NCBI RefSeq assembly: GCF_000619845.1
Contig: NZ_JHUX01000003.1
Coordinates: 670,064-702,063 of the forward strand
Origin: Alkanindiges illinoisensis DSM 15370
GTDB taxonomy: Bacteria; Pseudomonadota; Gammaproteobacteria; Pseudomonadales; Moraxellaceae
Length of the DNA: 32,000 nt
Reading direction: 5' to 3'
How positions within the stretch are numbered: the first letter of the stretch is position 1; every line of letters starts with the position of its first letter. Below the pieces are notes generated by a model, which searched no databases, was not told the DNA's origin, and saw only the letters and a list, made by a program, of their open reading frames with translations. Positions 26,104-32,000 of this stretch are shown one piece after another. The position numbers were made by a program, and so were the translations under genes.

Positions 26104-27303
26104 ATGACGGGTCAAAAGACCTTTGGCAAAAATAAGATTTACAGCGTACTGGCGATTTCACTCAGCGGCATGGCTCATGCCGAACCTGTATTTAGCTTGC
26201 CAACTGCGCCAGCTTCTATTGCACAACTAACGCCTGCCTATCAGCCGACCACGCCTGAAAGCTGCATTACCCTGGAAAGCAATGCCGAGCGTTTGGATTG
26301 TTATGATGCGTTTTTTAAGCGGCCGGCAACGCCTATAGCACAACAGGCCGTGGTTGAAAAAATTCAAAGTGAAAATCAGGCAACCGCTGCAACGCCAATC
26401 GCCAGTGATGCGCCAAAAGCGCTGACGTTTTTACAGGGGATTAATCCCCGTGAGTGGTTTAGGGCAGCAGCCCCTTATGATCCTACCATTTCCCTACTGG
26501 ATCGCCGCTGGGAGCTGAGCCATACGGCCAAACTGGGCACTTTTCACCTGAAAAGCTATAAGCCCAGCTATGTTTTACCGGTCTTTATTACTGGTAATAT
26601 TAATGACTTACCATTCAGCCCAAATCCTGAAAATCAGTTAAAGGAAGCTGAGGATATTAGCCGGGTTGAAGGGAAATTCCAGCTCAGCCTGAAGACCAAG
26701 GCCATGGAAGGAGTGTTTGGTGATTATGGTGACTTGTGGCTGGGTTACACGCAGTCATCACGCTGGCAGTTATATAATGCAGCCGATTCACGGCCATTTC
26801 GCGAAACCAATTATGAACCGGAAGCCAGCCTGATTTTTGGCACCAATTATAATTTGTTGGGATTAAATGGCCGCTTGCTGGGAATTAGTTTAAACCACCA
26901 GTCGAATGGCCGGGAACTGCCATTTTCCCGTAGCTGGAACCGGGCAATTGTTAATGTTGGCTTTGAGCGGGATAATTTTACCTTGATGCTACGACCCTGG
27001 TATCGCATTCCTGACAGTGATTCGCACAAGGATGATAATCCGGATATTGAAGACTACATTGGGCGTGGTGATTTGCAGGCATTTTATAGATATAAGGAGC
27101 AGGAGTTTTCGCTCATGCTGCGCCATAGCTTAAAAGGTGGTAATGATAATCACGGTGCTGTGCAGCTTGACTGGGCATTTCCCATTAATGGTAGCCTGCG
27201 CGGTTATGTACAGGTCTTTGATGGCTATGGTGAAAGCCTGATTGATTATAATCACAAAGCAACTTATGTTGGCCTTGGTGTATCACTGCTTAATTGGTAC
27301 TAA
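26104..27303 (+). CDS. pldA: Outer-membrane phospholipase A (OMPLA)
   Basis: It has the catalytic HQSNG block (ISLNHQSNGR) and beta-barrel-like alternating C-terminal sequence ending in an aromatic residue (LLNWY). Starting at ATG 26104 gives a signal peptide MTGQKTFGKNKIYSVLAISLSGMAHA|EP. Alternative starts are 26077 and 26020. Confidence 0.85.
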   Translation: MTGQKTFGKNKIYSVLAISLSGMAHAEPVFSLPTAPASIAQLTPAYQPTTPESCITLESNAERLDCYDAFFKRPATPIAQQAVVEKIQSENQATAATPIASDAPKALTFLQGINPREWFRAAAPYDPTISLLDRRWELSHTAKLGTFHLKSYKPSYVLPVFITGNINDLPFSPNPENQLKEAEDISRVEGKFQLSLKTKAMEGVFGDYGDLWLGYTQSSRWQLYNAADSRPFRETNYEPEASLIFGTNYNLLGLNGRLLGISLNHQSNGRELPFSRSWNRAIVNVGFERDNFTLMLRPWYRIPDSDSHKDDNPDIEDYIGRGDLQAFYRYKEQEFSLMLRHSLKGGNDNHGAVQLDWAFPINGSLRGYVQVFDGYGESLIDYNHKATYVGLGVSLLNWY

Positions 27304-27316
27304 GGTTTAAGACAAT

Positions 27317-27355
27317 AAAAAAGCGCATGAATATCTAAAAAACATGCGCTTTTTT
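27317..27355. terminator. Bidirectional rho-independent terminator between pldA and ilvA
   Basis: AAAAAAGCGCATG (27317-27329) and CATGCGCTTTTTT (27343-27355) form a GC-containing stem flanked by an A-run and a T-run, so the structure reads as a terminator on both strands. It lies between convergent stops at 27303 (+) and 27378 (-). Confidence 0.85.
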
Positions 27356-27377
27356 AAATCAAATAATCTTGATTTAA

Positions 27378-28922
27378 TTACTTTAAAAATAACTGATAGC
27401 CAGCATTATCCGTAATTTCCTCATATGGATAACCAATGGCATCCAGCGCAGCAGTTAATTCCTGTGGCTGATGATTACCCAGTTGCAAGCCCATCAGCAC
27501 CCGGCCCTCTGCTGCGCCATGATTGCGATAGTGAAACAGGGAAATATTAAACTGCTGGCCAAGGCGCTCAAGGAAAGTCAGCAGTGCACCGGGTCGCTCT
27601 GGAAATTCCACCCGGAATAAATGCTCGTCATCCAGACCTGCATGCCCACCAATCAGGTAACGGATATGCAGTTTGGCCACTTCATCGTCGGTTAAGTCAG
27701 TCACCTGATAACCCTGTAAATCTTTTAAAATAGCCTGATGCTCAACCACACCATTTTTAAGGCCAATGCCCACAAAAATGTGCGCTGCGCCATTGCCTTG
27801 GTCTGATGCAGCCTGATAACGATAGTTAAATTCGGTGATGGCTCGGCCTTTTAGCGCACGGCAAAAATCCAGATAAGCTCCTTTTTCTTCTGGAATAGTC
27901 ACTGCAAAAATGGCTTCTCGTTTTTCACCAATTTCAGTGCGTTCAGCAATATAGCGCAAGCGGTCAAAGTTCATATTGGCACCACACACAATGGCCACCA
28001 TGTTTTTATTTTCAATCCCATGCTCAGCGACATATTTCTTCATACCCGCTAAAGCCAGTGCACCGGATGGCTCTACAATCGTACGGTTTTCCTCAAACAC
28101 ATCCTTGATGGCAGCGCAGATTTCATCGGTTGAGCAAGTCACCACTTCCGGTTCAATAATTGCACCTGAACCATCTGATTTTTGTAGGCGTAACACATCA
28201 AAGGGCAGGGCACCAATTTGTGCCACTGCTGTGCCATCAGCAAAGAGCCCCACCTGAGGCAGCTTGGCGCGCTCGTTACATTGCAGTGCCAGTTTCAGGC
28301 AGGCAGACTCATCAGATTCCACAGCCACCACTTTAACATGCGGTGCCACTTCACCGAGGTAGGCTGCAACCCCGGCAATCAAACCACCACCACCCACAGC
28401 CACAAACACATACTCGACTTGTCGCCACTGCTTTAGGATTTCGGTGGCAATGGTGCCTTGTCCGGCAATCACCAGTTCATCATCATAAGGTGGTACATAA
28501 GCCAAGCCTTCTTGCTGGGCACGTTGCATTGCATACTGGTTGGCCACATCAAAGCTGTCACCATGCAAGACTACATTGCCCCCTAAGCGTTTGACAGCAT
28601 TGACTTTAATATCAGGTGTGGTACTAGGCATCACAATAATGGTATCAATACCCATTTTCTGGCCCGAATAAGCCACACCCTGCGCATGATTACCGGCAGA
28701 AGCACAAATTACACCACGCTTTAACTGATCGCTTGGCATCTGGCTAATGCGGTTATAAGCACCACGTAACTTAAAGGAAAAAACCGGTTGCAGGTCTTCG
28801 CGTTTCAGGCGAATGTTATTATTCAGGCGCTCAGAAATTCGTGGAGCCAGGTCAAGTGGACTTTCAATAGCTACGTCGTACACTGTGGCTTGTAAAATTT
28901 GTCTGACCCAACGTGAGAGCAT
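27378..28922 (-). CDS. ilvA: Biosynthetic threonine ammonia-lyase (threonine deaminase)
   Basis: It has the PLP-lysine motif SFKLRGA, the glycine loop GGGGLIAG, and a duplicated C-terminal ACT-like regulatory region. Starting at ATG 28922 (MLSRWVRQIL) gives 514 aa, the classical IlvA length. The 534-aa ORF-track version adds an implausible Cys/His-rich extension. Confidence 0.92.
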   Translation of the reverse strand: MLSRWVRQILQATVYDVAIESPLDLAPRISERLNNNIRLKREDLQPVFSFKLRGAYNRISQMPSDQLKRGVICASAGNHAQGVAYSGQKMGIDTIIVMPSTTPDIKVNAVKRLGGNVVLHGDSFDVANQYAMQRAQQEGLAYVPPYDDELVIAGQGTIATEILKQWRQVEYVFVAVGGGGLIAGVAAYLGEVAPHVKVVAVESDESACLKLALQCNERAKLPQVGLFADGTAVAQIGALPFDVLRLQKSDGSGAIIEPEVVTCSTDEICAAIKDVFEENRTIVEPSGALALAGMKKYVAEHGIENKNMVAIVCGANMNFDRLRYIAERTEIGEKREAIFAVTIPEEKGAYLDFCRALKGRAITEFNYRYQAASDQGNGAAHIFVGIGLKNGVVEHQAILKDLQGYQVTDLTDDEVAKLHIRYLIGGHAGLDDEHLFRVEFPERPGALLTFLERLGQQFNISLFHYRNHGAAEGRVLMGLQLGNHQPQELTAALDAIGYPYEEITDNAGYQLFLK

Positions 28923-29028
28923 GCTGATTTCACCTGTATAATGTAGACCCAACAGAGTATTGCAGCAGTGCCTGTGTTTCAAGGTTTAGCTGCAACAAAT
29001 TGATTTTTTAAACCAAAGAGAGTGAATT

Positions 29029-29700
29029 ATGGCAATACTGTCAGCTCAGGATCAAAAAAAACAGGCTGCTGCAGAGGCTGCTTTAGCGCATTTGCCTAAA
29101 GGCGGTATTCTAGGCGTTGGCACAGGCAGTACTGTAAATTTCCTGATTGATATGTTGCCAAGCCTTCAGCTTGAAGGCGCAGTAGCCAGTTCAAAGGCGA
29201 CAGAAGATCGTCTTAAGGCCGTCGGCATTGAAGTGATTGAGCTGAACCATGTAGCTAGCCTGGATGCCTATGTGGATGGGGCCGATGAAATTAACCACTA
29301 TTTACACATGATTAAAGGTGGTGGTGCTGCGCTGACACGTGAAAAAATTGTAGCTTCTGTAGCCAAAGAATTTATTTGTATTGTTGATGAGTCCAAATGG
29401 GTAACCCAACTGGGTCGTGCTTTTCCGGTTCCGGTTGAAGTAATTCCAATGGCGCGTTCCAGTGTGGCCCGTAAAATTGTGACAATGGGGGGTGATCCTG
29501 TATACCGGGAAGGCGTAGTGACCGATAATGGCAATGTGATACTGGACGTCTTTAACCTGAATATCCTAAACTCCATTGAAATGGAAACCTTAATCAACAA
29601 TATTCCCGGCGTCGTCACCAATGGTATTTTTGCCCAGCGTGGCGCGAGTCTGGCTTTGATTGCCAGTGATCAGGGTGTTCGTACCGTTAAGCCTGAGTAA
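29029..29700 (+). CDS. rpiA: Ribose-5-phosphate isomerase A
   Basis: 223 aa. It has the RpiA blocks GVGTGST, DGADE and [11 protein letters not shown]. Confidence 0.95.
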   Translation: MAILSAQDQKKQAAAEAALAHLPKGGILGVGTGSTVNFLIDMLPSLQLEGAVASSKATEDRLKAVGIEVIELNHVASLDAYVDGADEINHYLHMIKGGGAALTREKIVASVAKEFICIVDESKWVTQLGRAFPVPVEVIPMARSSVARKIVTMGGDPVYREGVVTDNGNVILDVFNLNILNSIEMETLINNIPGVVTNGIFAQRGASLALIASDQGVRTVKPE

Positions 29701-29718
29701 AAATATTTGTCATTCCAG

Positions 29719-30426
29719 ATGCAGGCTATTCCTGATATTCAGCGGCGGATAAACAATAATGCCCGTCGCTTAAAGCTACGCATCGAGCATCATCAGGTGT
29801 ATTTGACCGTACCGCCAAATACATCTGAGAAAAAGATTCAGGCTTTTTTAAAAGACTCGGAAACCTGGCTAATTTCAACATGGAACAGTAACTATGCAGA
29901 GACAGCAGCCAATTTAGCACCTGTCCATGGCGAGATACTTAATTTTCCCTTATTGCAGAAAAGTTATCAGGTTCAATTAATAAAAGTGTCAGCGACGTAT
30001 TTACCAGGGTTGGCGACGCATAATCAAAGATTGTTTGTGCAAAATAATCTGTTGTGTGTTGACGCACATCAGGCTGGAAGATTAATCAAAACCTGGGTCC
30101 GTCAGCAGGCTAGTATTTTTTTACCAGAACAGCTTGATCAACTGGCAATACAGCATCATTTTACTTATCAAGGTTGTCAGGTCAGACATGCCAAAACACG
30201 CTGGGGTAGTTGTTCTAGCCAAAAATCCATTAGCTTAAATGCAGCTTTATTGTTGTTACCAGTAGAGCTGGCGAATTACGTCCTGCTGCATGAATTATGT
30301 CATACCAGACAGCTCAATCACTCGGCAAGATTCTGGCAGGAAATGTTGAAAGTAGATTCTAGTTATTTGCAGCACCGCCAGCAGCTTAAACAGTTTAAGC
30401 TGCCAGCATGGTGGCACGTTAATTAA
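29719..30426 (+). CDS. YgjP-like (DUF45/M48-type) zinc metallohydrolase
   Basis: It has the HExxH motif in LLHELCHTRQLNHSARFW and the preceding RWGSCS block characteristic of YgjP/DUF45 proteins. The ORF-track start at 29707 is a TTG, and the first ATG is at 29719. It lies 6-18 nt downstream of rpiA. Confidence 0.75.
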   Translation: MQAIPDIQRRINNNARRLKLRIEHHQVYLTVPPNTSEKKIQAFLKDSETWLISTWNSNYAETAANLAPVHGEILNFPLLQKSYQVQLIKVSATYLPGLATHNQRLFVQNNLLCVDAHQAGRLIKTWVRQQASIFLPEQLDQLAIQHHFTYQGCQVRHAKTRWGSCSSQKSISLNAALLLLPVELANYVLLHELCHTRQLNHSARFWQEMLKVDSSYLQHRQQLKQFKLPAWWHVN

Positions 30427-30447
30427 CAAGTCTATATCAGTAAAGCA

Positions 30448-32000
30448 TTATGAAGGCTTGGTAAATACTGGCTTAAAGCCCTGACATACCAGATCTTTAG
30501 TATCAAGTTCATTTTCTTTGGGAAATGGCTTTGACCTAATGCTGGTTACAGTACCTGCTGTTGCAGACACAATATTCTGGTTTGTAATTACAATCTGAAT
30601 AAATTCTGGCGGATTACGTTCTGCAGAAGCAACATTAATGAGATACTTCTCGGCGTTTGGCTCAAGCCGGATGATGGAATCAGATTCATCGCGGTTAATG
30701 CTGCTGCTAAATGTTTTTTGACCATTGGTGAGCTTTATATCGCCATTAAAGTTAATCGTCAGTTGGCATTGATTGTCGCCGGTATAAGTGCCTACCAGAT
30801 TTTCAACCTCGTTATAAACACCTAGGATCCCATCTGCATTGGCACCAATCTCGCAATCAATATTTTGAGTTTTCGCAACATAGTCTTTGTCACCAGCTTT
30901 TGGATCGCTAAATTCAACTTGATTGCAATTGGAATCCCTGATTTTTTGAACGTCTTTAGTGAGCTTAAGGCTACCTAGCCCAAAAGCATATTTATAATTA
31001 CCAGCACCAAAACTTCTGGGAATAAGGGGAGAAAGAAAACCTTCATTAATGCTTGGATGCTGACCAGTAATGAAGTCGACTGTAGCAAAATAGTCTTTAC
31101 CTTTAGCATCTGGATTGGTCAATGAGGCAAATAACGCTGCCATTGCACCACCCAGTTTGTTTTTATTGTCGTCCGTTTCAGCGCCGCCCAGACGTGTCGC
31201 ATAGCCTTCACGGGCAGCTTTTTGGGTGGTAGCCAATAATGCCTTCAATTCGGTTTTATCAGTACGATTATTAAAAGTAGGGTCAGTATTTACAATTTGC
31301 TGGGGAATAATTGGATTATCCAAAAAGACTGTTCCATTTTTACCATCACCAGCCAGAGTCATGCCATCCAAATTGCCATCGCGCATATCAGCACCTGCAC
31401 GTTTGGCAAATGTTAACAGGGGTGTAGTATCTGATCTATTTTCAATTTGCTGAAGCTTGATATGACCTATGGCATAAAAAATATTCAAATATTCAATAGT
31501 GGTATTGGGTGGATCAATCACATCCTTGGTATCAATGATAAATTTGCTTAAATCATTTAAGCTGTCAATTGCCGGAACCAGCGTTACAGGATTAACCCGG
31601 AATGTACTGTAAACCTCACGATTGGCATAAGCGAGGCTATTCAGGTCAAGCTTGCTAAAGTCTGGTTTGCTCGCATCCAGATTGTTGGCACGTACCAGCG
31701 CGCGTTGGTAAGCAATTTCGGTAAAGGGGCTGACAATTGTTTCGCTCTCTACAGGCAGCATGACAAATACACCATGCAAAGGTGCATTTAGGCTGGCCAT
31801 TTTGCCCAAGGCAGGATCAAAATAAAGGCTTGTATTATCCTTACCTGAAACTTCTGCAATTAAAATACGTCCACCATCCGCATAGGATGCTGTGATATCA
31901 AAACTTACTTCACTGCCATTAGTAATAGTCTTCTGGTCAATTTCCTTACCAGTCGTGGTATCAATGATACTTACCAGTGCATTTTGTAATTGAACAGGCG
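30448..32000 (-). CDS. Large protein of unknown function, probably extracytoplasmic, 5'-truncated by the window edge
   Basis: The listed start at 31809 is a TTG. Translating the same frame by hand upstream (…PVQLQNALVSIIDTTTGKEIDQKTITNGSEVSFDITASYADGGRILIAEVSGKDNTSLYFDPALGKMAS…) gives no stop up to base 32000. At least 517 aa are visible, with no recognisable catalytic motif. The sequence is N/D/T/K-rich and has four Cys in the C-terminal 170 aa. It is noticeably more AT-rich than its neighbours. Confidence 0.7.
   Translation of the reverse strand, partial: PVQLQNALVSIIDTTTGKEIDQKTITNGSEVSFDITASYADGGRILIAEVSGKDNTSLYFDPALGKMASLNAPLHGVFVMLPVESETIVSPFTEIAYQRALVRANNLDASKPDFSKLDLNSLAYANREVYSTFRVNPVTLVPAIDSLNDLSKFIIDTKDVIDPPNTTIEYLNIFYAIGHIKLQQIENRSDTTPLLTFAKRAGADMRDGNLDGMTLAGDGKNGTVFLDNPIIPQQIVNTDPTFNNRTDKTELKALLATTQKAAREGYATRLGGAETDDNKNKLGGAMAALFASLTNPDAKGKDYFATVDFITGQHPSINEGFLSPLIPRSFGAGNYKYAFGLGSLKLTKDVQKIRDSNCNQVEFSDPKAGDKDYVAKTQNIDCEIGANADGILGVYNEVENLVGTYTGDNQCQLTINFNGDIKLTNGQKTFSSSINRDESDSIIRLEPNAEKYLINVASAERNPPEFIQIVITNQNIVSATAGTVTSIRSKPFPKENELDTKDLVCQGFKPVFTKPS

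Noticed and set aside
1-32000. A window-wide look for CRISPR arrays, IS elements, integrases, phage or defence-system genes and toxin-antitoxin pairs.
   Set aside because: I saw no regularly spaced repeats, no transposase, recombinase, reverse transcriptase or nuclease-NTPase defence signatures, and no small paired ORFs. Apart from the right-edge gene and the orphan ORF, the window reads as core genome.

Overview
This window is a chromosomal, mostly housekeeping segment with 26 protein-coding genes. I found no rRNA or tRNA genes, no CRISPR array, and no transposase, integrase or phage genes. Gene content, protein sequences and Q-rich linkers suggest a Moraxellaceae (Acinetobacter-like) gammaproteobacterium, but that is inference only. 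Gene order, left to right: a FabG4-like high-molecular-weight SDR (5'-truncated) with a MaoC dehydratase; a beta-lactamase-fold serine hydrolase; a membrane PAS-GGDEF-EAL c-di-GMP enzyme; creB-creC-creD; an orphan ORF with atypical codon usage; dnaX; an FMN reductase; a thioesterase with an Fe-alcohol dehydrogenase; an LMW tyrosine phosphatase; murB; a DUF218 protein; an alpha/beta hydrolase; xthA; a REP/MITE-like intergenic repeat; a YqiJ-like membrane protein; a small Rieske protein; a PfkB kinase; an M16C protease; pldA; ilvA; rpiA; a YgjP-like metallopeptidase; and a large AT-richer gene of unknown function that runs off the right edge. I did not find a convincing novel multi-gene system. 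Four things are most worth a second look. (1) Five TTCA(C/T/A) half-sites phased at exactly 11 bp sit upstream of creD, which looks like an expanded CreB 'cre tag'. (2) A structured TCGA-rich repeat element with terminal inverted repeats lies between xthA and the yqiJ-like gene. (3) A foreign-looking orphan ORF is wedged between creD and dnaX. (4) The partial, Cys-paired, unannotatable protein at the right edge may belong to an accessory locus outside the window.
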